DNA from: an uncultured Bacilli bacterium
GTDB lineage: Bacteria > Bacillota_I > Bacilli_A > RFN20 > CAG-631
Assembly (NCBI GenBank): GCA_947627355.1
Contig: CANQVX010000005.1
Location: 21,341-85,340 of the forward strand
DNA: 64,000 nucleotides
Direction of reading: 5' to 3'
Shown here: positions 34,567 through 44,728 of the stretch, piece after piece
Layout: the number at the start of each line of letters is the position of its first letter
How positions within the stretch are numbered: position 1 is the stretch's first letter
The notes under the pieces: generated by a model
Told to the model about the DNA's origin: nothing
The model's input: only the letters and a program-made list of their open reading frames with translations
The model's database searches: none
Translations under genes and position numbers: made by a program

Positions 34567-34602
34567 TATTTTCGCGATGTTAAAAAGGAGGTCTTTTCTC
34601 TG

Positions 34603-36366
34603 ATGAAAAAGAAATTAACACCATTAGCCTTCCTTCTTTGCTCAGCCTTACTTGCTGCAGGCTGTTCTAAAAAAGAAGTTAAGGTTAAAAAAGAAAACGG
34701 CAATTATGTAATTTATTCAATTACTGTCGATGGAAAAAAACAAAATTTTACAGCAGATGATTTACTAGATGAAATGCTTGATTCTCAAGTTGCTACAACA
34801 AGACTTTATAACGAAGTGTCTAGAAAAGTATTTGCTTTAGCAGCAGACAAAACATTAAGCGGCTCAGCTATTAGTGAAATTAAGAAAGTTGCAGAAGATA
34901 AAGTTACAGACTTTAAAGCAAACGTTAAATCACAAGCTAAGGAACAAGGTATTGATTATGATACTTATCTTGAAACTTCATTAGAACAAGAAGGCGTTAA
35001 AACTCTTGACGAACTTGAAAAACTATATGTTGATCAAGAAAAGAAATCAAAATATCTTGAAGACTATGTTGAAGACAACTATGACTATTTCCTTGAAAAG
35101 TATTTAAGCGTTTATACACCTTTCCAAGTAAAACACATTTTAGTAGCAGCAAACACAGCAGATAGTCAATTCACTGATGGAACTATGACTCCAGATAAAG
35201 CTCGTCTTTTATTAAAAGTCATCAGACGTTTCATGAGTGGTGAAAAATTTGCAACTATCGCCGATTTAACGGATGATACTTCATCTAAAGATAATGGTGG
35301 TATTATGCCATTCAACGAAGGACAAAATTATGTTAATGAATTCCGTTTTGCTCCTTACATTCTAGCTTTAAATGAAAAAACAGGCGATGAAAGACTAAAA
35401 CTTGCTCAACAATTACATTTAATTGACAAAGATTTAGACTTAACAGATGCTGAAGATAAAGCTAAAGCAGAAGAAGATTATCAAGAATTAAGAATTGATT
35501 CCGTTTATGAAAAAGGCGTTAGTGCTATCAAGTTAACAGACATTCTTGAACTTGAAAAAGAAGTAACTGCTGAAGATGTTGGCGCAAGCTTCTACTACAA
35601 AGATGATGGAAGCAAGATTACTAGTATTGATACTCCAACCTATGCTGAACAAGTTTATGAATTACCTAAAGGCGTTCAAGAAGGCGACGAAGAATACTAC
35701 GAAGAATACGAATTAAAGAGAAACGAAATCTTTAACAACACATTGAATACTCACCAAGTTAAATACATCTCACTTGAAGGTGCAACTGGTGTAGCTGATA
35801 ATGCAAAAGCAACAGTTAAAATCAATGGCGTTGATACTCAAGTTCTAGCTGATGATAAAGGTAATCCTATTTATGTTGTTTATGCTTCTACTGGTATTCA
35901 TTTCATGGTAAATGTTTATGATTACATTAAAGAAGTAAGTGCTGAAGGTGGATTTGAAAAAGTTAAATCATTCTTCACTTTATTTGATAGCTCATCTAGA
36001 GACAACAATCTTACAAAATATAAAGATACTTATATTGGTCAAAACGAAGCTTATTTGAAACGTGATAAACTTGAAAGCAATAGTGATACTTTACTAGCTG
36101 CTGTTCAATCTTATGTATCACCACTTGAAGAATATGCTTTCAATGAACTAGTATATGTTGATAAAGAAATTACAATTCAATTCCGTAATGAAACTGAAGA
36201 AAATCAAACTCTTTATGAAAATGTTCAAAAATATGTTGTAGATCGTATTGAAGCCGGCGACGACAGTTTCTATGATGCATTAGGTACTTCATTCGATACA
36301 TATATTTCTAAACTAGAAAGAGAACTTGAAGCAAAAGTTGCGTTTGCTTCACAAGTAAAGGAATAG
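34603..36366 (+). CDS. large PrsA-like lipoprotein with a parvulin-type peptidyl-prolyl isomerase domain
   Basis: Lipobox LAAGC. Parvulin signature FQVKHILV ... SSKDNGGIMPFNEGQNYVNEFRFA. At 587 aa it is about twice the length of a canonical PrsA. Confidence 0.75.
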   Translation: MKKKLTPLAFLLCSALLAAGCSKKEVKVKKENGNYVIYSITVDGKKQNFTADDLLDEMLDSQVATTRLYNEVSRKVFALAADKTLSGSAISEIKKVAEDKVTDFKANVKSQAKEQGIDYDTYLETSLEQEGVKTLDELEKLYVDQEKKSKYLEDYVEDNYDYFLEKYLSVYTPFQVKHILVAANTADSQFTDGTMTPDKARLLLKVIRRFMSGEKFATIADLTDDTSSKDNGGIMPFNEGQNYVNEFRFAPYILALNEKTGDERLKLAQQLHLIDKDLDLTDAEDKAKAEEDYQELRIDSVYEKGVSAIKLTDILELEKEVTAEDVGASFYYKDDGSKITSIDTPTYAEQVYELPKGVQEGDEEYYEEYELKRNEIFNNTLNTHQVKYISLEGATGVADNAKATVKINGVDTQVLADDKGNPIYVVYASTGIHFMVNVYDYIKEVSAEGGFEKVKSFFTLFDSSSRDNNLTKYKDTYIGQNEAYLKRDKLESNSDTLLAAVQSYVSPLEEYAFNELVYVDKEITIQFRNETEENQTLYENVQKYVVDRIEAGDDSFYDALGTSFDTYISKLERELEAKVAFASQVKE

Positions 36367-36378
36367 AGGTGACTAATA

Positions 36379-38286
36379 ATGAAAAAAAGTAAATTATTAT
36401 TAACTAGTTTATTATCTCTAGCATTAGTAGTCACTGGTTGTTCTAAAGAAACTACTAAAGTTAATGAAGGTAAAACTCCAGTTGGTACTGTAAATGGTAC
36501 TGATAAAGATGACAAACCTGTAAAAGAAGAAACTTATAGTAAATTACAAGATTTATATGAAACTTTAAAGACTTCTTCTGGTGGTTCAGTAGCTCTTGAC
36601 TACTTACTAAAAGAAATCGCTAAAAATGAATATAAATATGTAATGGAAACTGAAGATTCTGCTAAGACCTTTGAAGAATATGGTATTAAAGCATACCGTA
36701 CTAAAAAAGCATTTTTAGAAGACATCGAAGATAATTTAGAAACTCAAATTGATAGCTCAAATTATGAAAATAAGAGAGGCAAATTTGATGAAGACAAATT
36801 CGTTGAATATGTTGAAGACGAAGGCTACACAGTAGACAAAGAAGAAAATAGTACTCATAAATATGAAATCGATGTTGAAGGTTTAACTTACAACTACGAT
36901 GAATATATTGATGAAACAATCGTTCCTGATTTATATCTAAATTATTTATATGAAGATTATGTATTAGGAGTAAGTAAATATTGGACAACAATCCGTAACC
37001 AATATGGAATTCAAATGCAAGTATTGAAGTTTGAAAACTATACTACAGCTCAAAACTCTGCATTCAGTGAATCTTTACGTGCTGATGTTAATGCTGTTTT
37101 AACAGGTGCTAATAAAGAAGCATCATTTACTTTCAACAAATCAAACAATGCATTGTATTCATTTACAACATCTGATTCAGATGATAACTTAATCGTATTT
37201 GAAGCTCCATTAAGTGGAACTGTACTTCGTTACACAGTTTATAAAAATAACGAAAAGATTGATAAAGTATTAGATGCTTTATATGATCGTGAGATTTCTC
37301 GTTTATCTGACTGGAGACAAGGTCTTACTGGTTCTAAAGTTTATGATGATGCAGGACAAGAAATCACTTATAGTTCAGTAACTGCAACTGAAGGTGGTGC
37401 TGAAGTACTTGAATCATATGAAATCAATAAAGAAACTACTCCAGATGATGAAAAATTCTTTGAAGCCATCGAAAAGATTTCAATTGCTAGAAAACTTTAT
37501 GTAATTGATACTGAAGTTGCTATGGCAAGAAACTATGACTTAAAGAATGAAACTTATGAAGCTTACCGTCCATCACAAAAAGACAACGCTGAAACATTTG
37601 CATCAACTTATTCTAGTTCAAATACTAGAACAATCAAAGAAGGCGCAAGAGTTTCTAAGATGTCTGCTGAAGATTTAAAATATTATGAAGAAAATCAAAC
37701 TTATACTAGAGAAACTTATGGTAGCGTAATTCCTAGTGCTATTAGTGCATTACGTGGAACTAATACAAGAGAATTAATGGAAAACCTAAAGTCAATCAAT
37801 GGTGTTAATTATCTATTACCTAACAAGGAAGACTTAGATACTCCAATTTATGCTGATGGTGACTATTATTATGTAGTTAAAGTAAACGGTTATTATGGTT
37901 ACTTTGCATCTCAAGACTACCAAGAAGGTAGTGGTGAAGAAGCAATCACAAGAACTGCTACTCAAAACTCACCTAACTATCAAATCGAAGCTTTCCAAGA
38001 AGGTGCTTATACAGTTTATAAATACAACGAAGAATCTCATAGATTTGTAGCTGAAGAAGCAAAAGTATCTTATGATTCAACATTTAATTCTACAGAAGCT
38101 GCTGATGCTAAAAAAGAATGGGATAGCATAATTGATATGTGTCAAACAATTGCTAACAAGATCTTATCAAATACTCATAGAACTGAAGCAGTTGTTGAAA
38201 TCTTCAAGAAATATAAACTAGAAATCAACGATCAAGAAATTTACGATTACATCGAAAATTCTTATCCTGATTATTTCGAAGACTAA
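36379..38286 (+). CDS. large lipoprotein of unknown function, co-transcribed with the PrsA-like gene
   Basis: Lipobox VVTGC. 12-nt gap to the upstream gene. No parvulin motif seen. Confidence 0.65.
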   Translation: MKKSKLLLTSLLSLALVVTGCSKETTKVNEGKTPVGTVNGTDKDDKPVKEETYSKLQDLYETLKTSSGGSVALDYLLKEIAKNEYKYVMETEDSAKTFEEYGIKAYRTKKAFLEDIEDNLETQIDSSNYENKRGKFDEDKFVEYVEDEGYTVDKEENSTHKYEIDVEGLTYNYDEYIDETIVPDLYLNYLYEDYVLGVSKYWTTIRNQYGIQMQVLKFENYTTAQNSAFSESLRADVNAVLTGANKEASFTFNKSNNALYSFTTSDSDDNLIVFEAPLSGTVLRYTVYKNNEKIDKVLDALYDREISRLSDWRQGLTGSKVYDDAGQEITYSSVTATEGGAEVLESYEINKETTPDDEKFFEAIEKISIARKLYVIDTEVAMARNYDLKNETYEAYRPSQKDNAETFASTYSSSNTRTIKEGARVSKMSAEDLKYYEENQTYTRETYGSVIPSAISALRGTNTRELMENLKSINGVNYLLPNKEDLDTPIYADGDYYYVVKVNGYYGYFASQDYQEGSGEEAITRTATQNSPNYQIEAFQEGAYTVYKYNEESHRFVAEEAKVSYDSTFNSTEAADAKKEWDSIIDMCQTIANKILSNTHRTEAVVEIFKKYKLEINDQEIYDYIENSYPDYFED

Positions 38287-38296
38287 TAGTTAACTT

Positions 38297-38327
38297 AAAA
38301 AGGAAATAGCGATATTTCCTTTTTTTT
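38297..38327 (+). terminator. rho-independent terminator
   Basis: AGGAAATA / TATTTCCT stem with a 4-nt loop, then T8. Confidence 0.85.
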
Positions 38328-38345
38328 GAAAGGAAATTTAAAATT

Positions 38346-38750
38346 ATGGATAATTGTATCTTTTGTAAAATAATACGTCATGAAATTCCTTCATATTGTT
38401 TATATGAAAATGATGATGTTATGGCTTTTCTAGATGTTAATCCAACATCATATGGCCATTGCTTAGTAGTTTGTAAAAAACATTATAAAAACATCACAGA
38501 ATGCGATAAAAAGACGCTTGACGCGATGATTGAAGCAGTTCAAGCTATTTCTAAGGCTTTGCTTAAAACTTATGCCTGTGGCCTTAATGTTTTATCTAAC
38601 ATTAATGAAGTGGCTGGCCAAAGTGTGATGCATGCTCATATTCATCTAATTCCTGTAAACAAAGATGGTAACAAAGCTAATATTCAGTTCAATGAATTAA
38701 AAGATGTACCATTAAAGGAAATATATGATAATATCATAAAGAATATATAA
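38346..38750 (+). CDS. HIT-family nucleotide hydrolase (Hint-like)
   Basis: CIFCKI N-terminus and histidine triad HAHIHLIP. Confidence 0.9.
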   Translation: MDNCIFCKIIRHEIPSYCLYENDDVMAFLDVNPTSYGHCLVVCKKHYKNITECDKKTLDAMIEAVQAISKALLKTYACGLNVLSNINEVAGQSVMHAHIHLIPVNKDGNKANIQFNELKDVPLKEIYDNIIKNI

Positions 38751-38760
38751 TAATATATAT

Positions 38761-38790
38761 ACCCAGTGAAACGAAAGCGCTGGGTTTTAT
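38761..38790 (+). terminator. rho-independent terminator
   Basis: ACCCAG ... CTGGGT stem followed by TTTT. Confidence 0.65.
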
Positions 38791-38866
38791 TAAGCTTTCT
38801 TGCCGTTTATTCGATTATACCGATAAAAAATAATGAAAACCCGTCATTTTTTGACTGGTTTTAATA

Positions 38867-39805
38867 TTATCTATAACGATAGAATGTTCTACCTTCAAGG
38901 GCAGGTAATTTATTAGTAAAGCTATCAACTTCAACAGTAGTCAAAGCTTTATTAATCATGGTGATTCTTGAATCCATGTTATCTATTAAATAAAGCACTT
39001 CAGCTTCTAAGATTTGAGGAAGTACTGGAGATCCATATTCAAGTTTTCCATGATGTGATAGTACCATGTGTTGTAATAAAGTAGGAATATTAGAAGTGAT
39101 GTTATGTTTTTTAGCTGCTTCTATGATATCGGTTTGGATAATTGAAATATGGCCTAGTAGTTTACCTTTAGTAGTGTATTCACTAATAATAGGGCCACTT
39201 ATTTCAGTGATTTTACCAATATCATGTAAGATGATACCGCCATATAATAAATCTCTATTAATTGTTGGATATAACTTAGATATTTCTCTTGCTAGTTTTA
39301 ACATACTTACTTCATGATGAATCAAACCACTAGTGTATTCATGATGATTGCTTTTAGCAGCTGGATGATAAAGAAATTCATCATAATATTTATTTAACAC
39401 TTCATTTACAATTGTTTTAATTTCATTATCTGTTATGTCATTTATGAATTGTTTTAATTCAGTTTCTAATTGAATTGTTGAAACAGGGGCTTCCATGATT
39501 AATTCTTTTTGATTAACTGGTCCTTTGATTTCATCATAATCAATGATCTTAAGTTGTAATTGTCCTTTATAGGAAATAGGACATACTAACATTGATAAAA
39601 CATTTCCTACTTTAAAAGCTTTAGCATCTAATTCACTAGCATCCCATTTTTTAGCATCTATTTTACCTGTACTATCTTGTAATACAATGTTTAAATACAT
39701 GCTTTGGTTGTTAGTCATGCCTTTAGTGCATTCGGTTACAATACATAAGATTGTATCTTGTTGGTTTTCAACTAAATCTACTATTTTACTCATAATCTTC
39801 CCCAT
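38867..39805 (-). CDS. yhaM: 3'-5' exoribonuclease YhaM (OB fold plus HD domain)
   Basis: N-terminal OB-fold region (MYLNIVLQDSTGKIDAKKW). HD motifs HHEVSML and ILHDIGK. The start could instead be the ATG at 39793. Confidence 0.85.
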   Translation of the reverse strand: MGKIMSKIVDLVENQQDTILCIVTECTKGMTNNQSMYLNIVLQDSTGKIDAKKWDASELDAKAFKVGNVLSMLVCPISYKGQLQLKIIDYDEIKGPVNQKELIMEAPVSTIQLETELKQFINDITDNEIKTIVNEVLNKYYDEFLYHPAAKSNHHEYTSGLIHHEVSMLKLAREISKLYPTINRDLLYGGIILHDIGKITEISGPIISEYTTKGKLLGHISIIQTDIIEAAKKHNITSNIPTLLQHMVLSHHGKLEYGSPVLPQILEAEVLYLIDNMDSRITMINKALTTVEVDSFTNKLPALEGRTFYRYR

Positions 39806-40535
39806 TTCCTACGATTTTTTTAACATCGTCTACATTATAGCCTTTATTTACTAATTTTGATATAATTTTGTATTTATTTTTTTGATTTGTTTTTAATATT
39901 TTTTGATAGTCTTTAGCTAGATTATCTAAATCACTATCAAATGATGTTTGTTTTAAACAATCAGTTATTGTTTTTTCATTGAAGCCCTTAGCATATAAGT
40001 TTTGTTTAATAGTATAAATTAAGACTTTGGTAGAACAATGCTTAGTTCTTTTTAATTTATCGATATAACTTAAAACATAATCTTTGCTTTCGTTATAATC
40101 TAACATGGCTTCTTCAACTAGATTAGAAGGTATTCTATGACTGATTAGAAAACTTTTAAAAGCTTTACTACCTTTTTCTTGTTCAAATAACTCTTTATGG
40201 TATTGTATAAAGCTTTTATCATCTAGATAACCATCATTTAGGAATTGTTCAATGATTAATGAGATATCTAGTTCAGATATTTCATTATCCATTAAAAGAT
40301 TCTTTAAATCATTTCTTGAGATATCTTTGTTGAAGATTTTCTTATAATTAGGTTTTAATACTTCATAGGCATTGATAAAAGCCATTAGTAAACGATATTG
40401 GAAATCATTCAATGTTTTTCCAACATAAGGAAGTAAGACTTGATAAATATATTCATCACATAAATATGATTTTTTATTTATCTTTATTTGAATACTACCC
40501 TTGTTAACTTTTACATAATCAATTGTATATGCCAT
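39786..40535 (-). CDS. recX: RecX-like regulatory protein
   Basis: Three RecX-type helical repeats ending in NDGYLDDKSFIQYH, YAKGFNEKTITDCL and VNKGYNVDDVKKIV. 249 aa, as in Bacillota RecX. Confidence 0.6.
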   Translation of the reverse strand: MAYTIDYVKVNKGSIQIKINKKSYLCDEYIYQVLLPYVGKTLNDFQYRLLMAFINAYEVLKPNYKKIFNKDISRNDLKNLLMDNEISELDISLIIEQFLNDGYLDDKSFIQYHKELFEQEKGSKAFKSFLISHRIPSNLVEEAMLDYNESKDYVLSYIDKLKRTKHCSTKVLIYTIKQNLYAKGFNEKTITDCLKQTSFDSDLDNLAKDYQKILKTNQKNKYKIISKLVNKGYNVDDVKKIVGNGEDYE

Positions 40536-40559
40536 AGTATCGACCTCAAGGTCATTATA

Positions 40560-41636
40560 CTATATTTTGTTATCAATTTTAATGTTTTTAGTTAAATTAT
40601 ATTTTTTTCTTGGATTGTAGAAGATGACTACTAGGGCACCTAAAATAAGCCCTAAATAAAAGGTTATCGAACGCCAAACAAGTAAAGAACTATTGATATC
40701 AATTGAACTAATTTGATTGTTAAAAAAGTTAGAAAATAGATAATTATATGATAGTTCAACACCAACGCTACCACCAGGAAGAGGAACAATTCCTGATACT
40801 AAACTAATAAAAGATGATAAAGATAAACAATCGATGAAATGTTTTTTATCAATTGGACTATTAATGGCATAAAAACAAATATAAGGTATTGAATAGTAAA
40901 TAAAAAACCTTAAAAACATTAAAAATAATAATAAGAATATTAACTTATAATTAGTAAAGATATGTTTGATGTTTTGTCTAGTAGAAACTAGTTTTTTATC
41001 AAATACATTATGAGCTTCATCTTCGTTTTTAATTATCTTTAACTTAAATAATAAATGAATAATTTTATGAAATAATTTCTGAAATATTTTTAGATATGCC
41101 ACTAGTATTAAAAGAATTGATAAACTAGATATCAAGATAAAGCTTACAATCAAAACAAATGATAAGTTAATAGAATTATTACTAATCATATTGTTAAGAT
41201 TCTTATAGTTATATATAAGTGAAAACAAAGCAAATGATAATAAACAAAACTTATAAAACAAAAAATGGATAAAGACAATGCCAATACCATTTTCAATCTT
41301 AATACCTTGTTTTTTAAATAAATAGACTTGAAATGGTTGACCACCACTAGCAAGTGGGGTAATACCATTAAAGAAAACATTTCCTTGTTGATTGATTATA
41401 CCCTTACTTAACTTATATCCTTTTTGAAATGAATTAGCAATTAGAGTAAGGATTAAGCCATCAATAAAAAAGACTAGAAGCATACAAATAATGGAAAAAA
41501 TAACATATATATGACTAGCTTTACTTAAGACCTTTATGATGTCTTTATAATCTTTTCTAAAGACTAAATATAACGATAAGACAGTAAAAACAGTTAAGAA
41601 CATTAATTTTTTAACAATTTTATATTTTTTTCCCAT
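40560..41636 (-). CDS. polytopic membrane protein, MprF transmembrane / flippase-like (UPF0104, LPG_synthase_TM)
   Basis: About 8 TM segments. Motif GIVPLPGGSVGVELSY resembles the P-x-PGG-G-x-E signature of this family. No aminoacyl-PG synthase domain is present. Confidence 0.55.
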   Translation of the reverse strand: MGKKYKIVKKLMFLTVFTVLSLYLVFRKDYKDIIKVLSKASHIYVIFSIICMLLVFFIDGLILTLIANSFQKGYKLSKGIINQQGNVFFNGITPLASGGQPFQVYLFKKQGIKIENGIGIVFIHFLFYKFCLLSFALFSLIYNYKNLNNMISNNSINLSFVLIVSFILISSLSILLILVAYLKIFQKLFHKIIHLLFKLKIIKNEDEAHNVFDKKLVSTRQNIKHIFTNYKLIFLLLFLMFLRFFIYYSIPYICFYAINSPIDKKHFIDCLSLSSFISLVSGIVPLPGGSVGVELSYNYLFSNFFNNQISSIDINSSLLVWRSITFYLGLILGALVVIFYNPRKKYNLTKNIKIDNKI

Positions 41637-41852
41637 TTGACCGCCTCTTTTTCAATATTAGTATATTCAAAAAGACTTAAAAACATTAACCTATTATTTC
41701 CTTTTAAGGTAATGTCTAAATGATATAAATTAAAAGTGATTAGAATTTGTTGATTATTAGCAAATATTGTCGTTTCTATCGATAAATTTTAAGTTTTAAG
41801 GTCTTTTTAAGAAACTCTAAAATTTAACTATGAAAACCATGAAACCGAAACT

Positions 41853-41880
41853 TTATTATTTTTACAAGTAAAAATAATAA
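41853..41880. promoter_or_regulatory. 13-bp-arm inverted repeat TTATTATTTTTAC-aa-GTAAAAATAATAA abutting the -35 element
   Basis: Read directly. Almost pure A/T, so it may be a chance palindrome. Confidence 0.25.
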
Positions 41881-41881
41881 T

Positions 41882-41910
41882 TTGACAAAAAAAGTTTATA
41901 GTGCTATATT
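41882..41910 (+). promoter_or_regulatory. sigma-A-type promoter of the lipoprotein gene
   Basis: TTGACA, 17 nt, TATATT. Confidence 0.6.
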
Positions 41911-41935
41911 TTTATCCGGAAAGGGGCTTTTATTT

Positions 41936-43702
41936 ATGAAAAGTTTTAGAAAAATATTATTAAGTGTAGTTGTATCTGCAGCTATGGTAGTTGGACTTAC
42001 AGGCTGTGGAGAAAAAGAAAAAGCTAAGCAAATTAAATCAGATGAAGTTGTTCAAAAATTAACAAATAGCATGGCAGCTATCAATCCATCTACTGGCATC
42101 TCTATTTCTGGAAGTCAATCAACTAAATTTGGTGCGATTGTAGATGATTCAGATTTCAGAGTTGATATGAAAACAAATCAAATAGGTGATATTGAAGCTG
42201 TTTATGTTAAAACCGAAATGTTACCAGGCTTTGATATGGAAGCTTATAGTGACTATACAGCATCATATGTAAATCTTGATGGTTTCAAATATGCTAGTAT
42301 GCCCTTATTAAAACCTGAAACTAGTACGCAATCTGCTGTTGATCCATCTTCTTCAAGTGAAGAAGTGGTACCTACACAACCAGATTTTGAATCATTATTC
42401 TCATTCTATAAAGTTAACGAAACTAGTTATTATGTTGTAGCTGAAAATGATGGTTTAACTTCTATTAACCTTATGATTGCTGGTTATTTAAATAGCTTAC
42501 AATTAAATTTCTTAAAAGTTACTTTAAATAATTTTAGAGTTGACTTAAAGTTCACTAAACAAAACGTTGTTAGCAGTTTCAAATTAGATGCTGCTGGTAA
42601 AGTTGAAGCAAATCAAAAGGCTGCTGATATCGTATTAAAAGCAGACATCAATTTAAAAGATAAAGTTACAATCGCTGCTCCAGCTGATAAAATAAGTTAT
42701 TTACCAGCTGATAAGATTATGGAAACTGTATTAGCTGAACCTATTACAACAACCATTACTCTTGATGTTAAATCAGTATTACCTACAGCAACTCCTGCTC
42801 CTCAAGCAGCAGCTGGTGAAAGTGAAACAAGCAATGTATTTGAAGGTAAGACAGAAATTGAAATCAAAGTTGAATTAGAATCAATTCCAGTAAGTGCTAC
42901 TGAAAGTATGAAATCTCCTAAGATTTCTATTACTTTTACAGAAGATACTTTACAATTAGGTACTTTAATTTCTTCAATGATTAGCTTAGGTACACCAGTA
43001 AAATCAATTGTGTTTGGTATGTATGTTGATACTACTAATCCTCAAAATAGTGGTATTGCATTAGTAATTAGAGACGCAAGTGATAAAGTTTTACTTCATA
43101 TGTCTTTAGAAGAAATTGTTACTTTTCTTGAAACTTTTGCACCATCTGATGGTAGTACTTCTGATTCATCTGGAGAAAGTGAAGAAGAAACACCAGAAAC
43201 ACCTGAAGAAAAAGCAGCAAGAATTATGTTAATTGCAAATGTTATCACATCAGTTCTTTTCCCAACTTCTGCAACAATCGAAGATGGAAAAATTGCTCTT
43301 TCAATTGAAACTGGTACTTTATTATCACAATTATTAACTGGCGCATTTGCTTCATTATCTAATATGATGATTGATAATTTAGGCGGTAGTCTAGCAGTTA
43401 AAATTCCTGATAGCACACCATTAGAAAGTTATGATTATGCAGCATTTAAAGCATTAACTCAACAACTTGCATCAATCCCTATGGTTGCAAATGTTGATAA
43501 ACTTGGTGATTTCTTTGCAAGTTTACCTTTAATTGGTTTTACAGGTGCTTCAATTAACTTTGAATACACTGATGGTGTTCAATTTGGTGTGGCATTAACT
43601 GGAACTAATGGTTATATCAAGTTAAATGTTGAATCAGATTGTCCTTTAAACAAACTTATGGCTCTTGCTATGGTTTCTGGAAGCACTGTTTCTATTGCAT
43701 AA
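41936..43702 (+). CDS. lipoprotein of unknown function (588 aa) with an acidic Ser/Glu/Thr/Pro linker
   Basis: Start trimmed to MKSFRK after GGAAAGGGG. Lipobox LTGC. Internal SDGSTSDSSGESEEETPETPEEK linker. Confidence 0.7.
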   Translation: MKSFRKILLSVVVSAAMVVGLTGCGEKEKAKQIKSDEVVQKLTNSMAAINPSTGISISGSQSTKFGAIVDDSDFRVDMKTNQIGDIEAVYVKTEMLPGFDMEAYSDYTASYVNLDGFKYASMPLLKPETSTQSAVDPSSSSEEVVPTQPDFESLFSFYKVNETSYYVVAENDGLTSINLMIAGYLNSLQLNFLKVTLNNFRVDLKFTKQNVVSSFKLDAAGKVEANQKAADIVLKADINLKDKVTIAAPADKISYLPADKIMETVLAEPITTTITLDVKSVLPTATPAPQAAAGESETSNVFEGKTEIEIKVELESIPVSATESMKSPKISITFTEDTLQLGTLISSMISLGTPVKSIVFGMYVDTTNPQNSGIALVIRDASDKVLLHMSLEEIVTFLETFAPSDGSTSDSSGESEEETPETPEEKAARIMLIANVITSVLFPTSATIEDGKIALSIETGTLLSQLLTGAFASLSNMMIDNLGGSLAVKIPDSTPLESYDYAAFKALTQQLASIPMVANVDKLGDFFASLPLIGFTGASINFEYTDGVQFGVALTGTNGYIKLNVESDCPLNKLMALAMVSGSTVSIA

Positions 43703-43718
43703 TTAATAAAAATATAGA

Positions 43719-43775
43719 ATTGCTTAGTTAAAATTTTAAATGGAACTGCATATATGATGTGGTTCCATTTTTTTA
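43719..43775 (+). repeat. copy 1 of a roughly 55-nt terminator-containing direct repeat
   Basis: ATTGCTTAGTTAAAATTTTAAATGGAACTGCATATATGATGTGGTTCCATTTTTTT. Stem AAATGGAAC / GTTCCATTT followed by a T-run. About 90% identical to the copy at 45345-45399. Confidence 0.75.
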
Positions 43776-43804
43776 ATAAAAATTGCATTTTTTCTTATTT
43801 TTTC

Positions 43805-43833
43805 TTGTATAAAGATAGCAAAGATGCTATATT
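43805..43833 (+). promoter_or_regulatory. possible sigma-A-type promoter
   Basis: TTGTAT, 17 nt, TATATT, upstream of AAGGAGGG RBS and ATG 43886. Confidence 0.4.
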
Positions 43834-43885
43834 TTTTTTAGAAAACACGGGTTTTTGATATCATAACCATATAAGGAGGGAAATT

Positions 43886-44725
43886 ATGGCTGATAAAACA
43901 AAAGCAGAACTAGAAGATGCTATTCAAAAGAAATTATTATCTAATCCGATGTACGACTCTTTAGTCCAATACTTTAAACACTTTGCACCAGGCGGAAAAA
44001 TTGCTTCAGTTTATTTTAGTGAAGACATTTCATGTCTTGTATGTGGTATAAAATATGGTGCAGTACATTTATATTTTGATGTTTATGTAGAAAATACCGG
44101 TGCTATTAATACAATGGTATTTGATTTTAGAGAAGTCTTTGATCACTTAGTTGCTAAAGTTGAAAAACAAGATCATGGCTATGGTTCAGATTTTGAAACA
44201 TTTGTTTATGATATGATTCGTCAAACAGGTTTTGAAGGTCGTAATCTATGTTTGTTTAAAGAATATCAAGATCAACAATCAGATGATAAAGAAAAATATT
44301 GTGCACTTGGTGTTTGTTTAATTGATTATGAAGATTCTGAATTTAATCCAGTAACTCCATGGGCAGGTGTTTTAAACAAAGTGCTATATGCTCTAGATGC
44401 TTTAACTGAAAATGAATTCAACAAACTTAAAAAAGAAGATGTTGATAGAGCTGGAACATTTTTTGCTTTACCTTATTGGTCAGCTATGATTGCTGGTTAT
44501 GTAGCTATATTAGGTGGAATTTTATTAATTGCTGTAAATAAAGCATGGCCTGCTTTTCTTAATTGGATTTTAGGAATTATTTTAATTCTTGCCGGACTTC
44601 TTTGTGGACCTAACTTAACTTGGTTTATTTTAAGACATAATAAGGAATATCGTACAACTACCGGTGATGTTGAAAAAGATTTCATAAAGCCTTCAAAATT
44701 TATTTTTACAACTCTTGAGGACTAG
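43886..44725 (+). CDS. hypothetical protein: soluble N-terminal domain plus two C-terminal TM helices
   Basis: Strong RBS AAGGAGGG. 279 aa. No family motif recognised. Confidence 0.6.
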   Translation: MADKTKAELEDAIQKKLLSNPMYDSLVQYFKHFAPGGKIASVYFSEDISCLVCGIKYGAVHLYFDVYVENTGAINTMVFDFREVFDHLVAKVEKQDHGYGSDFETFVYDMIRQTGFEGRNLCLFKEYQDQQSDDKEKYCALGVCLIDYEDSEFNPVTPWAGVLNKVLYALDALTENEFNKLKKEDVDRAGTFFALPYWSAMIAGYVAILGGILLIAVNKAWPAFLNWILGIILILAGLLCGPNLTWFILRHNKEYRTTTGDVEKDFIKPSKFIFTTLED

Positions 44726-44728
44726 AAA

